Shown here: piece after piece, positions 9,998 through 19,369 of the stretch
Layout of the letters: every line of letters starts with the position of its first letter
How positions within the stretch are numbered: the stretch's first letter is position 1
From: Verrucomicrobiota bacterium
GTDB lineage: Bacteria; Verrucomicrobiota; Verrucomicrobiia; Chthoniobacterales; UBA10450
Direction: 5' to 3'
Assembly (NCBI GenBank): GCA_041167565.1
Contig: JBEEHU010000004.1
Location: forward strand, 10,699 to 74,698
DNA: 64,000 bases
Position numbers and translations under genes: made by a program
Notes under the pieces: model-generated
What the model was told of the DNA's origin: nothing
Seen by the model: the letters and a program-made list of their open reading frames with translations, nothing else
Database searches by the model: none

Positions 9998-10277
9998 AAT
10001 CCAATTGCAGACGGGTCGAAGCGAAGGGAAACCTCTCCGCCCATGAAGCCAAAAGTCAACGGAAAATTGCTTCGCAATGACGTTCTGAAAGGCGCGCTTT
10101 CCGCCGCCGCTTTCGTATCGACACCTCATTGCCTTTGCAATAGGAATCAACGAGGCGAAGCTATCGTGGTGCGGGGAGAACGAGTTGAACTCGAAAGCGG
10201 ACGCAGCGAAGGTTGGTGTCCCAAGCCGCGGGAGCTTTGACCGGCCGCAGTGGCTTCGCACCTGGAGGTAAACGAGC

Positions 10278-10991
10278 ATGGACTATGAACCGGGAAAGTT
10301 TGAAACGCAGAAATTCGCGGACCGTAAAGTCCCATACGCTGAGGGGCTGAACGAGATCTTATCCCTGGGGTATGAGGAAGGAGACTTGATCCATCATTTC
10401 CCGAGTTTCGTCGGGCATATGACGTTGGCTCGCTTCGTGGCCCTTTACGAGTTATACAAGATGGTCCTTGGGGTGGCAGGCCATATTGCTGAGGCGGGAG
10501 TCTACAAAGGTGCCGGCACGCTTTTCTTTGCCAAGCTGGCGCAAATCTTTGAACCGGAGTCCCTGACTCTTGTCCATGGTTTTGATTGGTTTGAGGGAAC
10601 GAAACCAACCGCAGAGGATCGCGGGGTCCTGAAAGGTTCCTACAAGGAAGAGTATTCGAGGCTTATGAACTTGATACGCGCCCAGAAGCTCGAGCATTTG
10701 GTCCACATTCACAAGTTGGACCTCAGAACGGATCTCGATCAGTTCTTCCACGAAAACAGCTCCCTCCAGTTCAAGCTCGTCTTTCTGGATGCCGGCCAAT
10801 ATGAAATCGTCAAGAGTTGTCTCGAAAACTTCTGGCCGCGGCTAACGAGTGGAGGCGTTCTGATTCTCGATCAGTTTAACCATGAGCTCTCACCCGGGGA
10901 AGCGCGGGCCGTGAAGGAGTTCATGCCGGAGGCGCAGATCCGGACCTTTCCTTTTGCCTGGATGCCGACGGCCTACGTCTTGAAGCCTTAG
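10278..10991 (+). CDS. class I SAM-dependent methyltransferase (sugar O-methyltransferase-like)
   Basis: IAEAGVYKGAGTLFF SAM loop, VHGFDWFEG and LVFLDAGQYE. Paralog of 7299-8078. Confidence 0.7.
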   Translation: MDYEPGKFETQKFADRKVPYAEGLNEILSLGYEEGDLIHHFPSFVGHMTLARFVALYELYKMVLGVAGHIAEAGVYKGAGTLFFAKLAQIFEPESLTLVHGFDWFEGTKPTAEDRGVLKGSYKEEYSRLMNLIRAQKLEHLVHIHKLDLRTDLDQFFHENSSLQFKLVFLDAGQYEIVKSCLENFWPRLTSGGVLILDQFNHELSPGEARAVKEFMPEAQIRTFPFAWMPTAYVLKP

Positions 10992-11021
10992 ACATGAAAA
11001 TGAGAATTCGGGCATCAAACG

Positions 11022-12248
11022 GTGAAGGATAGGTGCGATCCAGTGGGAGGCGGGATAGGTGATCTGGCGCTTTTCGGAGCCAGGCCGGCTTTCGAAGAAG
11101 CGCTGCACGTAGGCCGTCCAAATATCGGCAACCGCGAAACACTCCTCCTCCGCATCAATAAGCTTCTCGATAGTCGGTGGTTAACCAACGACGGCACTTA
11201 CGTCAGGGAATTCGAGGAGAACGTCGCCGATTTCACTGGAGTGAAGCATTGCATTGCTATGTGCAATGCGACGGTGGCGCTCGAGATCGTGATTCGCGCC
11301 CTGGAGCTGAAGGGCGAAGTCATTGTGCCTTCGTTCACCTTCGTCGCAACGGCGCATGCTCTGCAATGGCAGCAAATCACACCGGTCTTTTGTGATATTG
11401 ATCCGCGCACCCACAATCTCAATCCGGCCAGGATTGAAGACCTTGTCACTCCGAGGACAACCGGGATCATCGGGGTCCACTTATGGGGCCGTCCGAGTGC
11501 GATCAATGAGCTGCAGGCTGTGGCGAACAGGCACGGTCTGGCTCTGCTTTTCGATGCGGCGCAGGCCTTCGGGTGTAAGTATCGAGGTCGGATGATCGGA
11601 GGATTTGGCCGGGCAGAGGTTCTAAGCTTTCACGCGACGAAATTTATTAACTCCGGAGAAGGAGGCGCAGCACTCACCAATGATGATGATCTGGCGGCGC
11701 GGATTCGATTGATGAAGAACTTTGGATTCTTGGGGTACGACGAAGTGGCTTCGATCGGGACCAACGGCAAAATGAGCGAACTCTCCGCCGCGTTGGGTCT
11801 CACGAATCTTGAGAGCATCGAAAACTTCATCCAGGTCAACCGAGAGAACTTTGAGGTTTATGACCAAGAGCTGGGGAACTTGCCGGGATTGTCTCTTCTT
11901 CGCTACGACGAAAAGGAAAACCCCAATTACCAGTACGTCGTTGTTGAAATCGAGGCTGCGAAAACGGGAATTACGCGTGATGAATTATTAGCGGCGCTGC
12001 ATGCTGAGAATGTGCTGGCCCGCAGATACTTTTATCCGGGCGTCCATCGGATGGAACCCTATTGTTCCCGTTTTCCCAAAGCGGGCAGGGTTCTGCCAGA
12101 GACGGAAGCACTCGCGAGCCGTGTCCTTGTACTACCGACGGGCACAGCAGTGAAAACCGCCGATATTGGGAGAATCTGCGCGATCATCCGCCTTGCCCTC
12201 GAACATGGCGCTGAGATTTCAAAGGTCCTTCTACCTGGCAGGCACTAG
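11022..12248 (+). CDS. DegT/DnrJ/EryC1/StrS-family sugar aminotransferase
   Basis: Family-typical N-terminus (..GRPNIGNRE..L.SRWLTNDG..V.EFE..) and SFHATKFINSGEGG (PLP Lys). Non-ATG start: GTG 11022 or GTG 11043. Confidence 0.85.
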   Translation: MKDRCDPVGGGIGDLALFGARPAFEEALHVGRPNIGNRETLLLRINKLLDSRWLTNDGTYVREFEENVADFTGVKHCIAMCNATVALEIVIRALELKGEVIVPSFTFVATAHALQWQQITPVFCDIDPRTHNLNPARIEDLVTPRTTGIIGVHLWGRPSAINELQAVANRHGLALLFDAAQAFGCKYRGRMIGGFGRAEVLSFHATKFINSGEGGAALTNDDDLAARIRLMKNFGFLGYDEVASIGTNGKMSELSAALGLTNLESIENFIQVNRENFEVYDQELGNLPGLSLLRYDEKENPNYQYVVVEIEAAKTGITRDELLAALHAENVLARRYFYPGVHRMEPYCSRFPKAGRVLPETEALASRVLVLPTGTAVKTADIGRICAIIRLALEHGAEISKVLLPGRH

Positions 12249-12312
12249 GCTGAGGAAGTGATCTGCGACCTTCTGTGCGCTACCGGCGCCAGGGCATAAC
12301 CGGCCAAACGCA

Positions 12313-13104
12313 ATGTTTACTAGAATTCAGCAGAATGAATACCCCGCGCTAAAAGAGCGGCATCACGGACGCATATCACAATACCCTTTGATAAACGCTG
12401 TGATAAGCGCCACTCAGGATGGGTTTGTCTATACAGATCCCTCAAGAAACACCTTTTTCATTTCAACCAAGGCGGGGTTCAGCCTGTTCGACTCTTTAGA
12501 TCCAGCCCCGAATCTCGAGAGCGAGCTTTTCGACTTCATGAAGGGTGCACTCGATCTTCCCGGCTATCTGCATATCTACAGCCCGAACCAGGCATTCCAG
12601 GATCATGTCGCCGGAACCTGGGATAAGTACAAGATTCGCCCGAGGGCCCAATTCCATTATTTGGGCGATGGTTGCGCGACGAACGAGCAGCTCCTGCCGC
12701 CTCATTATCGGATCGCGACCATACAGGAAGTGGGACTTGCTCAACTGGAGGAAGTGTTCAAGCTCGACTTCGGGAATCGATATTGGAATTCGACGGCAGA
12801 TTTCCTGACTCAGGCCATCGGGGCTTGCATTTTGAACGAGAAGGGCGAGCCGACTGCCGTCTGCTACTCGGCTTGCGTCGTCGATGGATATGCGGAGATG
12901 GATACGCTGGTCATGCCAGAATATCGAGGCAAGAGCTTTATGAAGATCGTCTCGGAGCCATTCTTCAATCTGGCCGTGAGGAACAAGCTAATTCCTCATT
13001 GGGACACCTTTGTTTCGAATGCTGCTTCCTATCGCGCGGCGCAAAGGTTCCAACTGCAACTAGTGCAGGAATACGATCTGTTGTCCCTGCTCGTTCGCAC
13101 GTGA
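12313..13104 (+). CDS. GNAT-like acetyltransferase (ZmaR/GNAT_acetyltran-like)
   Basis: 263 aa. N-terminal sensor-like half and a C-terminal GNAT-like half (CYSACVVDGYAEMDTLVMPEYRGKSF). Assigned from memory of the family only. Confidence 0.45.
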   Translation: MFTRIQQNEYPALKERHHGRISQYPLINAVISATQDGFVYTDPSRNTFFISTKAGFSLFDSLDPAPNLESELFDFMKGALDLPGYLHIYSPNQAFQDHVAGTWDKYKIRPRAQFHYLGDGCATNEQLLPPHYRIATIQEVGLAQLEEVFKLDFGNRYWNSTADFLTQAIGACILNEKGEPTAVCYSACVVDGYAEMDTLVMPEYRGKSFMKIVSEPFFNLAVRNKLIPHWDTFVSNAASYRAAQRFQLQLVQEYDLLSLLVRT

Positions 13105-13315
13105 TTCCGCTGAGTGCAGGCGCCGTTTGCGCAACAGGTCGACCGACGCTATTCCACCGTGCCGGGTTAACCACGGTTACATCGCAGCCGCTGATGTCCG
13201 CCCGGATATAAGGACCAGGAAAGAATGAGAACGCCAGGGATTACCGAGAACACCGCTTCCCGAGAATGTGAGCGCTAAATCCGGCGCGCCGATCTGGTTT
13301 GCCGTGACGACCGTC

Positions 13316-13350
13316 CGATAGTGGTACAGTTGAAGGCTGTACCACTATCG
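13316..13350. terminator. perfect 14-bp stem-loop between convergent genes
   Basis: cgatagtggtacag-ttgaagg-ctgtaccactatcg. No U-tract on either strand, so Rho-independent function is uncertain. Confidence 0.4.
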
Positions 13351-13375
13351 ACGATCCTAAAAACGCGTAATCTAA

Positions 13376-14314
13376 CTATTGGGTGGTAATCGGGGCACCA
13401 GTCGGTGCCACACTGGCACCATTACCAGCGAGCTTGTTGTTGACGCCGCTTTGGAAGGATGCCGCAACTCCGGCCAAACCATTGGTGTTGTCGAAGATCT
13501 CGTTTTCACTAACGCGAACGGTTGACCCAGCCAGCGCGTTTATCGCATTACTGTTACTCCTGAAGGAGCACTGGGTGACATTGACGACGCAAGCGTTACC
13601 TGCGGAGATCGCGTTGCCAGTGATGATCCTGGTGAAGAAGGATTTGGTTATCGTCCCGGAAGCATTCGAGATGAAATTAACGCCATCAGTCTGGCCGTGA
13701 ACGTTGATGTTGTTGGCATCGACGAAGAGAGGGCCCACCGTTGTCGTCGCCTTGATTCCCGCATTGGTGTTGTCGAAGTCGCAGTCGCGGACGAACAGCG
13801 CCCCCGCGCTCGCCATGTTGCCATTGATGCCTGATGTGCTTTGGTTCTCAAAGCGGCAGTACTCCACATACACTCTATTGCCCTTAATATAACTGATGCC
13901 ATTAGTGCCCGCAACGCTCGGAGACTGGGATGCGCCATTGATGGTGATGTTTCGCAGAATAATGACCGCGTCGTTGACATGAGTGCCGGTTGTTATGTTG
14001 ATGGTGAAGCCAGAGATGCCGCCAGTGTTCAGGACGGAAGCCCACCCTGAGCCCGTGCCTCCATCGACCGTCATCGCCTTGGTGATCGTCAGAGTGCCAT
14101 AACCGGCTGGATCGAGCGCGTCGATTTCACCGCCTTCGGCCGTTTTTGAAATCGCACCGGCGAATGTCTTGCAAGGCGCCGTGCGACTGCATGGATTCAC
14201 GTCGTCACCGACACCGGAAACCCAGGTGCGAGTGGCTTGAGCGAACGCTCCCGTCGAAAATCCGACGGCGAGAATAGCGCCAAAAATGAAGCGAAGAGGT
14301 TTTATATGATTCAT
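13376..14314 (-). CDS. secreted right-handed parallel beta-helix repeat protein
   Basis: ORF trimmed to MNHIKPLRFIFGAILAVGFSTGAFAQA (Sec signal). Periodic N/G/I-rich ~22-aa turns (NITINGA.., CDFDNTNAG.., NNINVHG.., CSFRSNSNA..). Confidence 0.7.
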   Translation of the reverse strand: MNHIKPLRFIFGAILAVGFSTGAFAQATRTWVSGVGDDVNPCSRTAPCKTFAGAISKTAEGGEIDALDPAGYGTLTITKAMTVDGGTGSGWASVLNTGGISGFTINITTGTHVNDAVIILRNITINGASQSPSVAGTNGISYIKGNRVYVEYCRFENQSTSGINGNMASAGALFVRDCDFDNTNAGIKATTTVGPLFVDANNINVHGQTDGVNFISNASGTITKSFFTRIITGNAISAGNACVVNVTQCSFRSNSNAINALAGSTVRVSENEIFDNTNGLAGVAASFQSGVNNKLAGNGASVAPTGAPITTQ

Positions 14315-14444
14315 ATGGTTGTATTTGGGGTTGAGATGAGTTCCTAACGTTGAAGCGCGAGGGTTAACAGGGTGGAAGAAGAACGTCAAGACAGAAATTT
14401 CCGATCGAATCCCCCGCCCGAAAACGAGCGGGAACTCCCAATCG

Positions 14445-15140
14445 TTGATCAAAGGAAAGGGATTGGCGATTGATCTCGCCGGCGCGGCGGCGCTTGTGGC
14501 GGAATCCGGGCGGAGTTACCGTTTGATTCTATGCTCCGTCATGTTTGATCTTCACAGCCAAGTGCACCGCAAGAACCCGGCGGGACTGATTCGCGCCTTT
14601 CGACAGGCCTTCAGAAAGCATGACGCCGCGACGCTTGTGATCAAGACCAGCGGCGGCGACGTTTTCGCGGCGGATCTGGCCCAAGTCCAAGCCGTTGCTC
14701 GAGGCCACAACATTGTTCTGCTGGACGAGCTTATGTCGCGCGCAGCCGCCTATGGTTTGATTGCGATGAGCGATTGCTTTGTATCGTTGCATCGCTCGGA
14801 AGGGTTCGGCCTCGGGTTAGCGGAGGCGATGCTGCTGGGTAAACCGGTAATAGCGATCGGCTACTCCGGTAATCTTGCTTTCATGACCCACGACAACAGC
14901 ATCCTGGTCGATTACAAGATCGTCGAGATCGCGGAAGACCGTTCACTTTACACGAAAGGAAATTTCTGGGCCGAGCCTTCGATTGAGCACGCAGCCGCCT
15001 CTATGAGACATATATTCGAGAACCGTGATGAAGCCAGGGCACGCGCGCTTCGCGTCCAACCGGCGATCCAGCGGACACTTTCTCTCGAGGCCGCCGGGCA
15101 GCGAATGGTTGACCGTTTGCAACAGATTGTCTCAAGGTAG
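14445..15140 (+). CDS. group-1 (GT4-like) glycosyltransferase, C-terminal Rossmann half only; possible gene remnant
   Basis: VSLHRSEGFGLGLAEAMLLGKPVIAIGYSGN is the E-x7-E region of GT-B retaining transferases. The ~180-aa N-terminal acceptor domain is absent, and the ORF abuts the beta-helix gene. Confidence 0.55.
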   Translation: MIKGKGLAIDLAGAAALVAESGRSYRLILCSVMFDLHSQVHRKNPAGLIRAFRQAFRKHDAATLVIKTSGGDVFAADLAQVQAVARGHNIVLLDELMSRAAAYGLIAMSDCFVSLHRSEGFGLGLAEAMLLGKPVIAIGYSGNLAFMTHDNSILVDYKIVEIAEDRSLYTKGNFWAEPSIEHAAASMRHIFENRDEARARALRVQPAIQRTLSLEAAGQRMVDRLQQIVSR

Positions 15141-15202
15141 CGACCCCGTCGGCTCTTCCTGATGCGTCCGAAGATCTGTGCGATGAAAGCAGCACGCCAG
15201 CA

Positions 15203-18200
15203 ATGATGTTTTCCGTTCCGAATGTGCAGGTCCGGCTGGTGCTCGCCCTGGCGGCTTTTTTCGCCGTCGCGGCCGCGCTCATCGCCTGCGTCCTGACGCA
15301 GCCGTTTTATCTCGAGATTTCGATGAGCTCGTCGCGGGGTGGGATTGCTCGGGTCTCCTACGATATCGGCGCGGGCAGCAATGAGCGGGATTCCGCTCGG
15401 CTCGCCTTGCAGAGCGCGCCTCGCAGCGTGTACCGATTTCCCCTCTCCAATGGTGAATATCGAGCCCTTCAATTCAGTCCGGTGGATCGTGATAATTGCG
15501 AGATTGCGGTCCAAAACGTCCGAATCGTCGATCTGTTCGGACGTTCGGTGAAAGATTTCGGCCCGAGCGAGGTAGTCGCCGGCCACGATATTTCGCATTT
15601 GGAAGTTGCTGATGGTGAAACGCGAATAACCTTGGGGCCGGGAGAAAAGGAACCGATCCTGTTCCTAGGTCCGGGAAAGCTTCTGTCGCTCCATGCCCCG
15701 CCTGGCAGCATCTGGCTCTATGGATTGCGACTTTTTCTTCTTTGTTTTCTGCCGTTGGCGTTGGCGGGCATCATCTGGCTGAGATTTGCGCCGCCGCTCT
15801 GGCAAAAAACCCAACCGCGCTGGTCTCGAATGGTCGCATGGACCGAACGCAATCCTCGCCGCGCCATCCTCATCGTCTCGATTATCAGCGTCCTCATCAG
15901 TTGCTATCCGGTGGTGTTTTTTGGCCGAAGTTTTGTTTCGGCCAACAACGTCCCGATGCTCTATTCGGGCGCGCCGACCCTCCCGGGACATGCCGACCGG
16001 CGGTCGGAAAACTTCAAAGGCTCCGACGCGGGAGCGATGATGTGGCATGATGTGCCTAACTCATTCATTCAAAGCCGGGCGTTGTTTCGCGATGGCGAAC
16101 TGCCGCTTTGGAACCGTTATAATTCCTGCGGGATCACGCTCCTGGGTCAGGGCCAATCCATGTTTGGAGATCCGCTCCATATGCTGGTGGTGGCCGCGGC
16201 CGGCGAAGCCTGGGCGTGGGACCTTAAGTTCCTCCTGGCCAAGATACTTTTTTGTTTCGGCCTTGGTCTCGCGGTCCGCGCCTCGTCCAGGCATTTGCCG
16301 ACAGCCCTCTTGTTCGCTTTCTCTTCAGCCTTCATCGGCTTTTTTTCCTATCGATTTAATCATCCGGCTTTTTTCAGTGTTTGTTACGCGCCGTGGCTGC
16401 TTGTTTGCTGGCTTGAGATAACACGGGCGCCGACGGCGCGGGGGAGCGCCCGTTGGACTGCGGGATTGCTGCTTGCGACCTGGGCGGAGTTAAACAGCGG
16501 CACAGTCAAGGAAGCCTACATGCTTCTGCTTTGCCTGCATGGGGGCGGTCTTCTGATATTCTTTCTTAGTCCGACGACTTACCGGACAAGGAAGTTCCTC
16601 GATGTCTGCGTCATGGGAGCGGCGTTCCTTCTCTTGGCCGCTCCGGTTTGGCTTACTTTTTTCGAAGCATTGCAGAAAGCATACATTCCCTATAAGGAAG
16701 CCGCGCTCGCGTATCAGATTCAACCTGGCCTTCTCGTGGGCTTCTTTGACGACATCTTTTATCGCGTGGTTAATCCCGCCTCTTCGGTCTACAACCCATC
16801 CGCGAATTTTTTGATTCTGCTCGGAACCATTCTCGCGCTGGTGTATCTCCGGCGCTTGATACGCAACCCGGTCTTCATCTCAACAGGACTGGTTGCATTA
16901 GCCTCGTCGGCCCTGGTCTTTGGCGTAATACCCTCGGCTTTGATCGAAAAGATCCCGATGATTAACCACATCTGGCATATCGATAATACCTTCTCGTGCG
17001 TTTTGCTGATTGAATTAGTCGTGCTTGCTGGATTCGGAGTCAGCTCGTTTCTCGAACGCGGGAGGCAAAGACGCTGGAAAATCGATTTCGTCTTTTTCGC
17101 TTTGGCCGTCGTGGTTCTTCTAGGTTCTTACCTTGGGTTGACCGGCGCATTGCAACGAATTCCAAACGCCTTCGATCCTCTTGGACAGGCAGGCGGCCAC
17201 AATCCGTTCTTTTATCTTTACAGTTTCTCTCTCGTCATCGCTTTGCTGGCCTTGCCCTGGCTGGGGCGAGCAATCATTCGGCGCTCTCCTCTTCTGGTAC
17301 TGGCAGTCCCCCTTGCCCTTCTCTGCCTGATTGGTTTGCACTGGCGCCACGGCCTTCAACTCAACACCGGGATAACGCAAATCGACGATTATGTTGTTAA
17401 TCCGGCGCCGCGTCTCGATCTCAGCGCCCCATCCTCGGCCTTGAATGCGATCGAGAATGAGGGAGGCGTTTTTCGAACCGTGGGCTTCGGCACTGTTTTG
17501 TTCCCCGGCTACAATGGAATTCCCGGTGTGGAATCGATCTATGGTCCCGACCCTCTCGTTAGTCCCTATTACCATGAGCTGCTTCTCGCGGGTGGAGTTA
17601 AACAGGACTGGAGCTGGCGCTGGATCGTGGAGCGGTCGAGCCTCAAAGCAAACCTGCCGCTCTACAATCTGCTCAACGTCCGATATTTTTTGGACATGCC
17701 GGATTACGTTCGGCCGACCGGCCCTGCAAGCGATCGGCCGCGCTGGGACCTGGACATTTCTAAAAACGACGGCGCCTGGCCCCGCGCTTTCTTCGCCGAC
17801 AAAGTCCGGACCTATGACCGGCTGGAACAATTTCTGGAGATGCTGCGTCAAGCCGACTCCCATCCGTTTGCGGCCGTCCAGAGCGGAGATGTTACCGGCG
17901 TGCCGGCCGAAGCTTCCGCATCACGCGAGTCAAACAACGCTAATCCCGCGACCATCTCCCCGGCTCGCGATTATCATCTGACAAGCAACACGACCACGTT
18001 CACAATCGACGCGCCCGCGCCGGGCGTTGCCATTCTTACCGAGACCTACGTCGCCGGGGATTTCAGCGTGCGGGTTAATGGGGCTCCCGCCAATTATTTT
18101 CGTGTTAACCACGCCTTCCGCGGCGTCAATCTTCCGGCCGCCGGAAAATATCTCATTTCCTATTCCTACTGGCCGAAACATTTTACCGCCTCTTTGCTTA

Positions 18201-18298
18201 TGGCTGTCCTTGGCGCGCTCCTGCTTGGCGGGTGGATGATAGCTACCTTTCGGCGCGCATTGCCCGCGCGCGAAAACGAACTGCACCCCTCTGGTTGA
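15203..18298 (+). CDS. large polytopic membrane protein, YfhO/ArnT-like putative polyprenyl-phosphate-sugar-dependent glycosyltransferase
   Basis: 1031 aa. Many hydrophobic helices over residues ~1-760, a soluble ~250-aa region and a final C-terminal helix. LLNVRYFL-type motif as in YfhO proteins. Confidence 0.55.
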   Translation: MMFSVPNVQVRLVLALAAFFAVAAALIACVLTQPFYLEISMSSSRGGIARVSYDIGAGSNERDSARLALQSAPRSVYRFPLSNGEYRALQFSPVDRDNCEIAVQNVRIVDLFGRSVKDFGPSEVVAGHDISHLEVADGETRITLGPGEKEPILFLGPGKLLSLHAPPGSIWLYGLRLFLLCFLPLALAGIIWLRFAPPLWQKTQPRWSRMVAWTERNPRRAILIVSIISVLISCYPVVFFGRSFVSANNVPMLYSGAPTLPGHADRRSENFKGSDAGAMMWHDVPNSFIQSRALFRDGELPLWNRYNSCGITLLGQGQSMFGDPLHMLVVAAAGEAWAWDLKFLLAKILFCFGLGLAVRASSRHLPTALLFAFSSAFIGFFSYRFNHPAFFSVCYAPWLLVCWLEITRAPTARGSARWTAGLLLATWAELNSGTVKEAYMLLLCLHGGGLLIFFLSPTTYRTRKFLDVCVMGAAFLLLAAPVWLTFFEALQKAYIPYKEAALAYQIQPGLLVGFFDDIFYRVVNPASSVYNPSANFLILLGTILALVYLRRLIRNPVFISTGLVALASSALVFGVIPSALIEKIPMINHIWHIDNTFSCVLLIELVVLAGFGVSSFLERGRQRRWKIDFVFFALAVVVLLGSYLGLTGALQRIPNAFDPLGQAGGHNPFFYLYSFSLVIALLALPWLGRAIIRRSPLLVLAVPLALLCLIGLHWRHGLQLNTGITQIDDYVVNPAPRLDLSAPSSALNAIENEGGVFRTVGFGTVLFPGYNGIPGVESIYGPDPLVSPYYHELLLAGGVKQDWSWRWIVERSSLKANLPLYNLLNVRYFLDMPDYVRPTGPASDRPRWDLDISKNDGAWPRAFFADKVRTYDRLEQFLEMLRQADSHPFAAVQSGDVTGVPAEASASRESNNANPATISPARDYHLTSNTTTFTIDAPAPGVAILTETYVAGDFSVRVNGAPANYFRVNHAFRGVNLPAAGKYLISYSYWPKHFTASLLMAVLGALLLGGWMIATFRRALPARENELHPSG

Positions 18299-18379
18299 CA
18301 CTGCCAGCCGTGCCGGGAGATACTCGCCAGTGCCCATCGCTCCCGTAAGTTTCTCTGCTGCCGCCCTGCCTTCATCGAT

Positions 18380-19369
18380 ATGGTAGCGGCGACTTACACT
18401 CCGGGCTGGAGCGACGTTTTTATTTCCGGAGGAGCGGGCTTCATTGGCAGCCATCTTTTGCGCTTTTTACTGGCGGATACCACGGTGAAGCGGATCGTCA
18501 TTTTTGACAACTTCACTTCCGGGCGGCTGTCGTATATCGAAGAAGTATCGAGTGATGCCCGCGTGCAAATCGTAAACGCGGACCTGAAGGATGGCGCCGC
18601 CGTTACCTCGGCGATGGCGGGATGCGATGCGGTCTTTCACCTCGCGGCCAACCCGGACATCGCCAAGGCAGTGACGCAGCCCGACATCGATTTTTGGGAA
18701 GGAACCTATCTCACCCAGAACGTTCTCGAAGCGATGCGGATCAACCACGTGCCCAAGATTCTGTACACCTCCGGCAGCGGTATCTACGGGGAGAATCCTG
18801 GAGTAGCTTTTGCGGAGGACTATGGGCCCTGCATTCCTATTTCCACCTACGGTGCAAGCAAGCTCGCGTGCGAAGGCCTGATCGCGGCTTACTGTCATAT
18901 GTTCGATCTTTGCGGCTTTGCATTTCGCTTTGCTAATGTCGTCGGCGCACGGCAAACCCACGGCGTGGGTTATGATTTTGTGCGGCGCTTGCGCTCCGAT
19001 CCCACCCGCCTCCGCATCCTCGGCGACGGCACCCAGAAGAAGAGTTACATCCATGTTGACGATGTCCTGGCTGCCATCCGTGTCGCGGACGCGCGTTCCA
19101 CCAAGAGATACGATATGTTTAATGTAGCTACCGGTGACTACATCACGGTCCGCGAAATCGCCGATCTAGCCCTGAAGGTAATGGGTCTTCCAGCCGGCAA
19201 GACGAGTTATGAATTTACAGGAGGCGACCGAGGCTGGAAAGGTGACGTGCCAATGGTGCGATTTGATTGCACGAAGATCGAAGCTCTCGAGTGGCGCTGT
19301 CAGCGGACTTCAGCTGAAGCTGTGACGGACGCGATGAAAGCTATGCGGGTAGAACTAGAACATGAGTGA
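18380..19369 (+). CDS. NAD-dependent sugar epimerase/dehydratase (extended SDR)
   Basis: GGAGFIGSHL and YGASKLACE (YxxxK). Confidence 0.85.
   Translation: MVAATYTPGWSDVFISGGAGFIGSHLLRFLLADTTVKRIVIFDNFTSGRLSYIEEVSSDARVQIVNADLKDGAAVTSAMAGCDAVFHLAANPDIAKAVTQPDIDFWEGTYLTQNVLEAMRINHVPKILYTSGSGIYGENPGVAFAEDYGPCIPISTYGASKLACEGLIAAYCHMFDLCGFAFRFANVVGARQTHGVGYDFVRRLRSDPTRLRILGDGTQKKSYIHVDDVLAAIRVADARSTKRYDMFNVATGDYITVREIADLALKVMGLPAGKTSYEFTGGDRGWKGDVPMVRFDCTKIEALEWRCQRTSAEAVTDAMKAMRVELEHE

Noticed and set aside
14948-17863. Minus-strand ORFs 14948-15598 (216 aa) and 17120-17863 (247 aa)
   Set aside because: They are antisense to well-supported genes (the GT4 fragment and the YfhO-like protein) and have Arg-rich, non-protein-like composition.
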